From Sediminibacterium sp. (GTDB taxonomy: Bacteria > Bacteroidota > Bacteroidia > Chitinophagales > Chitinophagaceae): a DNA stretch of 51,080 nt. The DNA is taken from positions 1 to 51,080 of the forward strand of contig JBIIZN010000001.1 in the NCBI GenBank assembly GCA_044346275.1. The letters are read 5' to 3'. The position numbers and the translations under genes are program-made. Of this stretch, positions 21,073-29,500 are shown piece after piece. The notes under the pieces were generated by a model, which saw nothing but the letters and a program-made list of their open reading frames with translations, had not been told where the DNA came from and did not search any database. Each line of letters opens with the position of its first letter. Positions within the stretch are counted from its first letter, which is position 1.

Positions 21073-23222
21073 AATTTTATTGTAACTCCAATTAAATAAT
21101 TGATGGTTGCCATTGGATAGTAGCCATTTGCTGTAATGGTTTCACCTCCATACACATAGGCGTAACTATATCCGTTTGGAACATATTTTTGGTTGGTAAT
21201 ATTGTTAACCCTAGCCGTTAATAAAAACGAACGGCCAGTTTTTTTTGCAAACTCGTAGCTTGCGCTGATATCTTGATTTGCAAATGCTTCTAATGATCTT
21301 TCGTCCAGTGAACTATTGTCTAGGTATTGTTTACCTACCCATTTCGTTTGTAGTTCTATGGTGCACTGTTTAACAGGCTTGTAGGCTAGGGAAGAAGCGG
21401 CAATAAAGTTTGGTGAAAAAGCAATGTTGGTATTGTTTCTAGTAATGGCGTCTTGACCACCAGTATCGTAGTTGTCAATAAACTCTGTAAATGATTTTAT
21501 TTTATTTCTGCTAAGTGTAACGTTGCTTGATAATTGTAATTTACTAGTGAGTATCGTTGTGTGCATGAGTTCTATACCTAGTCTGTATGAATTAGGTACG
21601 TTCATTCTGGTATAAGCACCTACGTCATTTATTTTACCGGTTAATACGAGTTGATCTTTGTAGTGCATGTAGTAAAAATTAGCGCTCCAGTTGGTTTTTT
21701 TATTTCTTTTTTCAAGTCCAATTTCCAAGTCTTGTAACCTTTCAGGATTAGGTTGTGCGGCAGCACCTGCTTCAAAATCGTCACGGTTAGGTTCCTTGTG
21801 TCCAATGGCGTAACTCGCATAATGTACCCATCCATTTTTATTATACTGGTATCCAATTTTAGGATTAAAAAATCCAAAATTTCTATTGATGTTGAGTGTT
21901 GGATTGTTGTGAAATCCATCCATTCGGTGTGAAACATTTCTGTACTGAAGATCGATGTAACTAGTAAAATTAGTTGCCCAGCTATGTTGCCATTTTGCAT
22001 ATAAATTGGCCTCTTTTTTTATAGCTGGCAAATCGTAATATCTTTTTGGTGAAAACGTATTTGCTTTTTCTACCCAAATAACTTCTCCAAAATGTTTTCC
22101 AGTGTAGGTACTCCATCCGCCGCCCACAGAAATTTCTTCATCATTTTTTTTGTATTGTAGGGATAGGTTTTGTCCGTAAAAATCATTGTCAAGCCAGCGT
22201 CTTCTTACAAGGTCTGATCTAGTGTGCGCTATGGTGCCTACGTTAATGGCAGGAATGCCATATCTAGACAATCTTTGATCGGCTTTATATTCTTCATAAT
22301 AACCAGCACCTTTGGTATAATAATTAGTGACTTGTAAGTCTAAATTTTTTGCTAATTGATGGTTAAAAAATAATTGATAGTGCGTTTGTGTGTAATTATC
22401 TGTTTGATTGTTATATGGTTCGCCCGATTTTTCGGTACCAGCTGGGTTAAAAGTTCTGTTGTTTTTTAAATCACTCGCAGATACGCCATACCATGCTTGG
22501 TATGTTTTTTCTTTTCCAGAGAAAGTAGTGAAGCGAAGGCTTGTTTTACCTTTAATATAAGCACCACTTACGTAGTAAGAGCGTAAGTCACTAGATGCTC
22601 TGTCAATATATCCATCGCTTTTGATACTGCTAAGTCTTGCATCAACTGTAAAATATTTATTGATGAGACCGCTACCAAATTGAATCGTATTTTTTAAGGT
22701 TCCAAAAGAGCCGGCACTATTGCTGGTACTAATATAGGCTTTCTCATTTAGTTCGTGTGTGCTCAAATTGATACTAGCACCAAATGCACTAGGACCATTG
22801 GATGAACTACCCACGCCTCTTTGAATTTGTATACTACTAACAGATGATGCAAAGTCGGGTAAGTTCACTAAAAAAGTTCCCATACTTTCTGCATCGTTGT
22901 ATGCAATACCATTAATGGTTACATTAATTCTGGTTGCATCGGTTCCTCTAATTCTGATACCTGTGTAACCAATTCCATTACCTGCATCAGATTGCACCAC
23001 AACCGATGGAGTTTGGTTGAGTAAGAACGGAAGGTCTGGACCCAAATTGTTTTTTTGGATCTCGGCCTTGCTCAAATTTTGTTTGGCAAATGGAGCTCTT
23101 TCGGAAGCTCTAATGGCTCTAACTTCTAATGGAGGAAGTTGAACGCTGTCTTTTTGTTGGGTTTGGCTAAATAGCAGTTGGCATGTTAAAGCCAATAACA
23201 TTGTTCCCAAAAACTTTTTCAT
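21069..23222 (-). CDS. TonB-dependent receptor, probably for thiamine
   Basis: Signal peptide MKKFLG...LFS/Q, plug (SDAGNGIGYTGIRIRG, IQIQRGVGSS), C-terminal Phe; directly downstream of a TPP riboswitch. Confidence 0.9.
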   Translation of the reverse strand: MKKFLGTMLLALTCQLLFSQTQQKDSVQLPPLEVRAIRASERAPFAKQNLSKAEIQKNNLGPDLPFLLNQTPSVVVQSDAGNGIGYTGIRIRGTDATRINVTINGIAYNDAESMGTFLVNLPDFASSVSSIQIQRGVGSSSNGPSAFGASINLSTHELNEKAYISTSNSAGSFGTLKNTIQFGSGLINKYFTVDARLSSIKSDGYIDRASSDLRSYYVSGAYIKGKTSLRFTTFSGKEKTYQAWYGVSASDLKNNRTFNPAGTEKSGEPYNNQTDNYTQTHYQLFFNHQLAKNLDLQVTNYYTKGAGYYEEYKADQRLSRYGIPAINVGTIAHTRSDLVRRRWLDNDFYGQNLSLQYKKNDEEISVGGGWSTYTGKHFGEVIWVEKANTFSPKRYYDLPAIKKEANLYAKWQHSWATNFTSYIDLQYRNVSHRMDGFHNNPTLNINRNFGFFNPKIGYQYNKNGWVHYASYAIGHKEPNRDDFEAGAAAQPNPERLQDLEIGLEKRNKKTNWSANFYYMHYKDQLVLTGKINDVGAYTRMNVPNSYRLGIELMHTTILTSKLQLSSNVTLSRNKIKSFTEFIDNYDTGGQDAITRNNTNIAFSPNFIAASSLAYKPVKQCTIELQTKWVGKQYLDNSSLDERSLEAFANQDISASYEFAKKTGRSFLLTARVNNITNQKYVPNGYSYAYVYGGETITANGYYPMATINYLIGVTIKF

Positions 23223-23290
23223 CTTTTTTGTTTTAAAGTTTATAAATGGGAACAGGGAGAAAGCTATGGGAGGCACTAAAAAAGTGAACA

Positions 23291-23371
23291 CCTTCCCTTC
23301 GCAGGCATTACCCTGTTCAGGTTCTACGGGTATTTTCTCAGCCTATGGTAAACCACAAGCACCCCGAGGAA
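23291..23371 (-). ncRNA. TPP riboswitch
   Basis: Minus strand TTCCTCGGGGTGC...GGCTGAGA AAATACCCGTAGAACCTGAACAGGGTAATGCCTGCGAAGGGAAG has the CTGAGA, ACCTGA and TAATGC..GCG.AGG cores. Confidence 0.95.
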
Positions 23372-23380
23372 TTGTTGCCG

Positions 23381-23412
23381 CAAAACTAATTGTAAAAATT
23401 GTTGCCGCCAAC
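23381..23412 (-). promoter_or_regulatory. Bacteroidota sigma70-type promoter for the riboswitch/receptor
   Basis: -7 TAGTTTTG (23388-23381); TTG 20 nt upstream; about 10 nt before the aptamer. Confidence 0.7.
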
Positions 23413-23454
23413 TGTAACTTTATGGAGGCGCTTACGTTTTACGAAAAAATACAT

Positions 23455-24186
23455 ATGATGTTTAAGAAACAATCTGTTATAGTGGCTTTTTTGCTACTCA
23501 TTTTATCAAGCGCCTGTGCGCAAAAGACTAAAAAAATGGTTTTTGATGGTGATGCAGAGGATAGAAATCTATCTGGATTTACAGCCATCAATGTCTCTAG
23601 TGCTTTTGATGTTTATATATCGCAAGGTGGAGAGGATGCGGTGGGGGTAAGCGCAAGTGATGCTTCCGCAACAAAACGTATTAAAACCTATGTATCTGGT
23701 GGTGTACTTTATATCACTTTTGATGCTAAGGGTTGGAGTTGGGCGTCTTGGAAAAACAATAAATTAAAAGCCTATGTTACTGTAAAGCACTTAGAGAAGT
23801 TGGCCGTATCCGGGGCTTGTAATGTTTCTTTTGTAGACGCAATCACATCTGATAGGTTATTTGTAAGTATTTCTGGAGCTAGTGATATTAAGGGGCCGGT
23901 AAAAGTTAATAGCTTAAAAGTAGGAGCTAGTGGTGCCTCCAATATTAGTTTATCCGGAACTGCCAAAGAAACAGATTTTAATATTTCTGGTGCCTGTTCA
24001 ATTAAGTCGCTAGACCTTTTTACAGATAATTGTGCGGTGGTTGCTTCTGGTGCATCTAGTATTAAGCTCACCATCAATCAGTCATTAAAATCTAACATTT
24101 CTGGAGCAAGTGATATCAGGTACAAAGGAACGGTGAGTAGGTTTGATACCAAATCAAGCGGCGCTTCATCTATTAAACCTTTGTAA
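23455..24186 (+). CDS. DUF2807 / head GIN domain (putative auto-transporter adhesin-like) exported protein
   Basis: Signal peptide ...SSACAQ, repeated SGAS-x-I beta-helix units, IRYKG near the end. The ORF-track start at 23266 overlaps the riboswitch and is rejected. Confidence 0.85.
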   Translation: MMFKKQSVIVAFLLLILSSACAQKTKKMVFDGDAEDRNLSGFTAINVSSAFDVYISQGGEDAVGVSASDASATKRIKTYVSGGVLYITFDAKGWSWASWKNNKLKAYVTVKHLEKLAVSGACNVSFVDAITSDRLFVSISGASDIKGPVKVNSLKVGASGASNISLSGTAKETDFNISGACSIKSLDLFTDNCAVVASGASSIKLTINQSLKSNISGASDIRYKGTVSRFDTKSSGASSIKPL

Positions 24187-24200
24187 AACGATTAAATATA

Positions 24201-24232
24201 TTTGGTGAACTAGCCTTCTAGCGCTACCTTTG
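24201..24232 (+). promoter_or_regulatory. Consensus Bacteroidota promoter for tRNA-fMet
   Basis: TTTG (24201-4), 20-nt spacer, TACCTTTG (24225-32). Confidence 0.85.
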
Positions 24233-24244
24233 CCCTCCAAACAT

Positions 24245-24316
<72 letters not shown>

Positions 24317-24317
24317 C

Positions 24318-24350
24318 AAAAAAGACCTCAAATCGGGGTCTTTTTCTTTT
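24318..24350 (+). terminator. Intrinsic terminator after the tRNA
   Basis: AAAAAGACCTC-AAATC-GGGGTCTTTTT. Confidence 0.75.
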
Positions 24351-24385
24351 AGTAGCTACCTTTAAGGTGCGATAAACAAGTAGTC

Positions 24386-25258
24386 ATGAAAGCTGGATTT
24401 GTAAATATTTTTGGAAGGCCCAATGCTGGCAAGAGTACCTTGCTCAACGCCCTTATAGGCGAAAAAATGGCTATTGTGTCTCCTAAAGTACAAACCACCA
24501 GACACCGTATCAAGGCGTTTTTAAACAACCCTGGGGAGTACCAGATTATTTTTTCTGATACGCCAGGTATTATTGACCCACGATATAAGCTCCATGAGCG
24601 TATGATGCATGCGGTTAAAACAGCTCTAGAAGACGCCGATTTGGCACTTTTAATTGTAGACGCCAATGATAATTTTGAAGAAACCAGCGCCATTTTTGAG
24701 GCCCTTAAGCTAAAAGTGCCTGCCATTGTGGTGCTAAACAAGATAGACGCTGCTGCCAATGGCAAAATAGCAGAAGCAACCGAGTTTTTTGCCACCAAGT
24801 CTTATTGTAAGAAACTCGTAAAGATATCGGCCCTTCAAAAAGTGCATTTGCAAAAGCTGCTCGCCGAAGTGTTGGCATTTTTGCCCGAAGGTGTGCCTTT
24901 TTATAGTGAGGATGATTTGAGTGATATGCCCACAAAGTTTTTTGTGGCTGAGCTAATCAGGGAAAAAATCTACCATTTATTTGGTGACGAAATTCCTTAC
25001 CATAGCGCCGTGCTTATTAACGAGTTTAAAGAGAAAGAGAATATCATTAAAATTCAGGCCGACATTATCGTGCACCGCGAAACCCAAAAGGCTATCATTA
25101 TTGGGGAGCGGGGGTCTATGATCCGTGAAATTGGTATTCAGGCCAGACAAGATATTGAAGCGTTTGTAGGGCAAAAAGTGTTTTTAGAACTCTTTGTAAA
25201 AGTACGTCCTAAGTGGAGGGATAACGATCAACAATTAAAAGAATATGGGTATCAATAA
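24386..25258 (+). CDS. era: GTPase Era
   Basis: GRPNAGKSTL, QTTR, DTPG, NKID, C-terminal KH domain. Confidence 0.97.
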   Translation: MKAGFVNIFGRPNAGKSTLLNALIGEKMAIVSPKVQTTRHRIKAFLNNPGEYQIIFSDTPGIIDPRYKLHERMMHAVKTALEDADLALLIVDANDNFEETSAIFEALKLKVPAIVVLNKIDAAANGKIAEATEFFATKSYCKKLVKISALQKVHLQKLLAEVLAFLPEGVPFYSEDDLSDMPTKFFVAELIREKIYHLFGDEIPYHSAVLINEFKEKENIIKIQADIIVHRETQKAIIIGERGSMIREIGIQARQDIEAFVGQKVFLELFVKVRPKWRDNDQQLKEYGYQ

Positions 25259-25323
25259 ATTGACTATCAATTAATTGGATGCCATCATTTGAATATTTAT
25301 TTTAACTATTTTACAATTATATT

Positions 25324-26637
25324 ATGAGCTATACAGTCGCAATTGTTGGAAGGCCAAACGTAGGTAAGAGTACGTTTTTTAACCGCCTCTTAGAGCAGCG
25401 TAAAGCCATTGTGGATGATATTAGTGGTGTTACCAGAGATCGTCAGTACGGGGTAACGGAGTGGAATGGCAAGAGTTTTAACCTAGTAGATACGGGTGGT
25501 TTTGTGCCTGATTCTTCAGATATGTTTGAAACCGAAATTCGCAAGCAGGTTAAGATTGCTATGGAAGAGGCCAATGCAATTATATTTATGGTGGACGTTG
25601 CTACGGGTATTACCGATTTAGACGACGCCATGGCAGATATGTTAAGGCGCACCACCAAGCCAGTTTATGTCGTGGTAAACAAAGTAGATAATGGAACCAG
25701 GGAGCTAGAGGCAACTGAATTTTATGGTATGGGCTTTGAACATAACTTCTTCGTTTCCAGTATCTCAGGTAGTGGTACCGGAGATTTGATGGACGCCATT
25801 TGTGCCGAAATAAAGCCGGATGATGCGGAGGTTGAAATTTCAGGATCTGACATCCCTAAGTTTGCTATTATTGGTCAGCCCAACGTAGGAAAGTCGTCAT
25901 TACTTAATGCGCTTGTAGGTGAGGAGCGAACCATTGTATCTGATATTGCGGGTACCACGCGTGATACCATTCATACCCATTACAATTTATTCCAGAAAGA
26001 ATTTATTTTAATTGACACGGCAGGTATACGTAAAAAGTCTAAAGAAAAGGATGACCTCGAGTTTTACTCCATTATTAGAGCCGTTAAGGCCATGGATGAA
26101 GCCGATGTTTGCTTTATTGTGATTGACGCTGACAAGGGTGTTACCGGACAAGATATTACGATTTTTAGTTTGGCCGCCCGCAAAGGAAAGGGTGTTGTAG
26201 TACTTGTAAATAAGTGGGATCTCGTTGAAAAAGAGACGAATACAGCACGTGACTACGAAAAAAATTTGAAGCAAAAATTAGCCCCATTTACCGATGTGCC
26301 GATCTTGTTTATTTCGGCAAAAGAGAAAACTAGGATCTTTAAGGCCATCGAAAGTGGGTTAGAAGTGTTTGAAAGTAAGCGACGCAGAATACCTACTTCT
26401 CAGTTAAATGAAGTGATGTTAAAGGCGGTGGCTGCCTATCATGCTCCGGTGGTGAGAGGGAATACTGTAAAAATTAAATATGTAACGCAGTTGCCAACGC
26501 CCGTGCCTTCCTTTGCCTTTTTTACCAATTATCCGGAAGATATTAAGTCGCCGTACCGCAATTACCTCGAAAATCAGCTCCGAAATAGCTTTAATTTTAA
26601 GGGGGTGCCAATTCGCATATACTTTAGAAAAAAATAA
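25324..26637 (+). CDS. der: Ribosome biogenesis GTPase Der/EngA
   Basis: Two G domains (GRPNVGKS, GQPNVGKS), DTGG/DTAG, NKVD/NKWD. Confidence 0.97.
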   Translation: MSYTVAIVGRPNVGKSTFFNRLLEQRKAIVDDISGVTRDRQYGVTEWNGKSFNLVDTGGFVPDSSDMFETEIRKQVKIAMEEANAIIFMVDVATGITDLDDAMADMLRRTTKPVYVVVNKVDNGTRELEATEFYGMGFEHNFFVSSISGSGTGDLMDAICAEIKPDDAEVEISGSDIPKFAIIGQPNVGKSSLLNALVGEERTIVSDIAGTTRDTIHTHYNLFQKEFILIDTAGIRKKSKEKDDLEFYSIIRAVKAMDEADVCFIVIDADKGVTGQDITIFSLAARKGKGVVVLVNKWDLVEKETNTARDYEKNLKQKLAPFTDVPILFISAKEKTRIFKAIESGLEVFESKRRRIPTSQLNEVMLKAVAAYHAPVVRGNTVKIKYVTQLPTPVPSFAFFTNYPEDIKSPYRNYLENQLRNSFNFKGVPIRIYFRKK

Positions 26638-26653
26638 AATATAGGGTAAAAAA

Positions 26654-26684
26654 TTTGCCAATTTGAATTTGCCCCCTATCTTTG
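26654..26684 (+). promoter_or_regulatory. Consensus Bacteroidota promoter for the small lipoprotein gene
   Basis: TTTG (26654-7), 19-nt spacer, TATCTTTG (26677-84). Confidence 0.8.
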
Positions 26685-26715
26685 CGCACAATTAATAACT
26701 CAAAAAACAAGTACA

Positions 26716-26889
26716 ATGAAAAAAGTATTCGCAATCTTAGCTGTAGTAGCTTTCGTAGCATGTAACTCAGGTGATAACAAAGAAACAACTGGTGGTGACA
26801 CTACTACAAAAGCTACTGTTTCTGAAACTCCAACTGCTGCTGCTGGTGATACAACTGCTGCTGCTGGTGATACAACTAATGGTAAATAG
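26716..26889 (+). CDS. Small 57-aa lipoprotein, Thr/Ala/Gly/Asp-rich (absent from the ORF track)
   Basis: MKKVFAILAVVAFVA-C-NSGDNKETTGGDTTTKATVSETPTAAAGDTTAAAGDTTNGK*; type II signal peptide, A-rich leader, own promoter and terminator. Confidence 0.88.
   Translation: MKKVFAILAVVAFVACNSGDNKETTGGDTTTKATVSETPTAAAGDTTAAAGDTTNGK
26831..26877 (+). repeat. 21-bp perfect tandem repeat x2.2 inside the small lipoprotein gene
   Basis: CAACTGCTGCTGCTGGTGATA at 26831-26851 and 26852-26872, then CAACT. Confidence 0.95.
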
Positions 26890-26925
26890 TCGTATTTGTT
26901 TTAAACATATACTTCTTGCAAGAAG

Positions 26926-26958
26926 GTCCTCACGACAAAGTCGTGAGGATTTTTTTTT
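26926..26958 (+). terminator. Strong intrinsic terminator
   Basis: GTCCTCACGAC-AAA-GTCGTGAGGAT followed by T8. Confidence 0.92.
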
Positions 26959-27076
26959 GTGCCAGTTTGTACCGGTTTTCTAAGATTCTACTAGCTTGGC
27001 ATTAATATTGTTTAGTTCTATGTGCAATAGATTAGAGACGGGCCTTCGGCCCGTTGTGACAATTTGACCCAGATAT

Positions 27077-29479
27077 ATGATAAAAGAGAACATGTTTTTT
27101 AGATCGGAAGAGGATACAGACTTTATGCCCATCATTCCCATGAATGAGCAGGAGTCTGAACAGGATAAAAATATGGTGATCCCAGGGCAGCTTGCCATTT
27201 TGCCACTGCGCAATACGGTATTGTTTCCGGGGGTGGTGCTGCCTATAACCGTAGGGAGGGATAAAAGCATTAAGGCAGTGAACGATGCCTATAAGGCAGA
27301 CAAGCTTATAGGCGTGGTGTCTCAAAAAGACGCCAATATAGAGGAGCCGATTGCCACCGATTTATGCAGCGTGGGTACGGTGGCAAAAATTATCAAGCTT
27401 ATTAAGATGCCCGATGGTGGCACTACCATTATAATTCAGGGTAAAAAAAGGTTTGAGCTGGTTTCAATGCTCACCGACGATCCTTATTTTAAGGCGAGTA
27501 TCAAATTATTTGAAGAAGATGCAAGCCCAGAAGGGGATGATTTTGCGGCCATAGTGAGTAGTATTAAAGACCTGGCTACGCAAATTATTCAGTTGTCGCC
27601 CAATCTTCCAACCGAGGCCGGCATCATATTAAAGAGCATTGAAAACCCTTCATTTTTAATAAATTTTGTAAGTAGTAACTTAAATAGCGATATTTCTGAA
27701 AAGCAAAAGTTACTGGAAATCAATGATATAAATGCCAGAGCTGAAAGTTTAATTTTAATCTTACAAAAGGAGTTACAGTTTGCGGAACTTAAAAATAAAG
27801 TGACCAATAAAACCAGAACAGAGCTGGACAAACAGCAGCGTGACTACTTTTTACAGCAGCAATTAAAGAGTATCAAAGATGAGCTTGGGGGTGATACCAA
27901 TGAGCGCGAGATAGCTGATATGAAAAAGAAGGCCGAAGGCAAAAAGTGGCCGGAAGCAGCAAAAGCAGCCTTTGATACCGGGGTGGCAAAACTGGAGCGT
28001 ATGCACCCAACCACGCCCGATTATTCGGTGGTGTACAATCACCTCGATTTAATGCTAGACCTTTCATGGGACAGCTATACTTCTGATAATTATGACCTTA
28101 AAAATGCCAAAAAGGTACTAGACCTAGACCATTATGGCATGTCAAAAATAAAGAGCCGTATACTCGAATATTTGGCGGTTTTAAAGCTAAAAGGCGACAT
28201 GAAAAGCCCCATTTTATGCTTTTTAGGCCCTCCGGGTATTGGTAAAACCTCTCTTGGTAAATCCATTGCACATGCCATTGGTCGAAAATATGTGCGTTTG
28301 AGCCTGGGTGGTTTACACGACGAAAGTGAAATTAGAGGTCACCGCAAAACCTATATTGGGGCGATGCCGGGCCGTATTCTTCAAAATATTAGAAAATGTA
28401 AGTCTTCGAATCCGGTGATGATACTGGATGAAATAGACAAAATAGGTGCCGACCACAGGGGTGATCCATCATCGGCATTACTAGAAGTGTTGGATCCGGA
28501 GCAAAACAGTAATTTTTACGACAATTACCTAGAGCTCGAATACGATCTTTCAAAAGTGTTATTTATTGCCACCGCTAACAATATCCAAAATATTCAGCCA
28601 GCATTAAGGGACCGACTAGAAATTATTGACCTCAGTGGCTACGCAGTAGAAGAGAAAGTAGAAATTGCTAAAAAGCATCTCGTGCCCAAGCAAAAGGAAG
28701 CGCATGGCCTCGAAAAAGTAAATTTTAAAATTGCCGATAAGGTCCTTGAAAAAATCATTGAAAACTATACCAGAGAAAGTGGCGTGCGTGAATTAGATCG
28801 TCAGCTGGCTAGTGTAATGCGTTTTCAGGCTAAAGAATATGCGACTAAAAACAAGGTAAAAACAACTTTAACGGTGCCAGATATCGAAAAAATACTGGGA
28901 CAAGCGCGTTATAGCAACGAAATTTATAAGTTGGCCAACATGCCAGGTGTGGCCGTGGGTCTTGCCTGGACCTATGTGGGTGGCGACATTTTATTTATAG
29001 AAACCATTTTAAGTGAAGGCAAGGGTGACATAAAACTTACCGGTAATTTAGGCAACGTGATGAAGGAGAGTGCTACCACTGCGCTTAGTTATTTGCAGGC
29101 TAATGCTAAAAAATACGGCATTGATCCTGCAGATTTTGCAAAAAAGAATATTCACGTACACGTGCCAGAAGGTGCTACACCAAAGGATGGTCCTAGCGCG
29201 GGTATTACCATGCTTACTTCTTTAACCTCAGCATTTACCGGCAGAAAAGTAAAGTCTTATTTAGCTATGACCGGTGAAATTACCCTGCGTGGCCAAGTGC
29301 TTCCAGTGGGTGGTATTAAAGAAAAAGTATTAGCAGCTAAAAGATCTGGCTTAAAAGAAATTATCATGTGCGCCCAAAACGAAAAAGATGTGAACGAAAT
29401 TGACGCCGCATTTATTAAAGGGGTAACTTTTCATTATGTAAAAACAATGCAACAGGTTATAGACCTTGCGCTTGTTTAA
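27077..29479 (+). CDS. lon: ATP-dependent protease La
   Basis: LPLRNTVLFPG, GPPGIGKTS, LDEIDK, PKDGPSAG (catalytic Ser), GGIKEK. Confidence 0.98.
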   Translation: MIKENMFFRSEEDTDFMPIIPMNEQESEQDKNMVIPGQLAILPLRNTVLFPGVVLPITVGRDKSIKAVNDAYKADKLIGVVSQKDANIEEPIATDLCSVGTVAKIIKLIKMPDGGTTIIIQGKKRFELVSMLTDDPYFKASIKLFEEDASPEGDDFAAIVSSIKDLATQIIQLSPNLPTEAGIILKSIENPSFLINFVSSNLNSDISEKQKLLEINDINARAESLILILQKELQFAELKNKVTNKTRTELDKQQRDYFLQQQLKSIKDELGGDTNEREIADMKKKAEGKKWPEAAKAAFDTGVAKLERMHPTTPDYSVVYNHLDLMLDLSWDSYTSDNYDLKNAKKVLDLDHYGMSKIKSRILEYLAVLKLKGDMKSPILCFLGPPGIGKTSLGKSIAHAIGRKYVRLSLGGLHDESEIRGHRKTYIGAMPGRILQNIRKCKSSNPVMILDEIDKIGADHRGDPSSALLEVLDPEQNSNFYDNYLELEYDLSKVLFIATANNIQNIQPALRDRLEIIDLSGYAVEEKVEIAKKHLVPKQKEAHGLEKVNFKIADKVLEKIIENYTRESGVRELDRQLASVMRFQAKEYATKNKVKTTLTVPDIEKILGQARYSNEIYKLANMPGVAVGLAWTYVGGDILFIETILSEGKGDIKLTGNLGNVMKESATTALSYLQANAKKYGIDPADFAKKNIHVHVPEGATPKDGPSAGITMLTSLTSAFTGRKVKSYLAMTGEITLRGQVLPVGGIKEKVLAAKRSGLKEIIMCAQNEKDVNEIDAAFIKGVTFHYVKTMQQVIDLALV

Positions 29480-29500
29480 AACAATCGAAAAAATCAAGTT

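Noticed and set aside
23266-23454. N-terminal extension of the DUF2807 ORF
   Set aside because: Antisense to the TPP riboswitch and its promoter; the signal peptide starts at 23455/23458
24349-24798. 149-aa antisense ORF over era, and the other 60-140 aa nested ORFs in the track
   Set aside because: They overlap well-supported genes and have no motifs or independent expression signals
26831-26877. Repeats as a CRISPR array
   Set aside because: Contiguous in-frame coding repeat with no spacers and no cas genes
26771-26983. 70-aa Leu-rich ORF in the track
   Set aside because: Off-frame shadow of the 26716-26889 lipoprotein gene; it runs through the terminator
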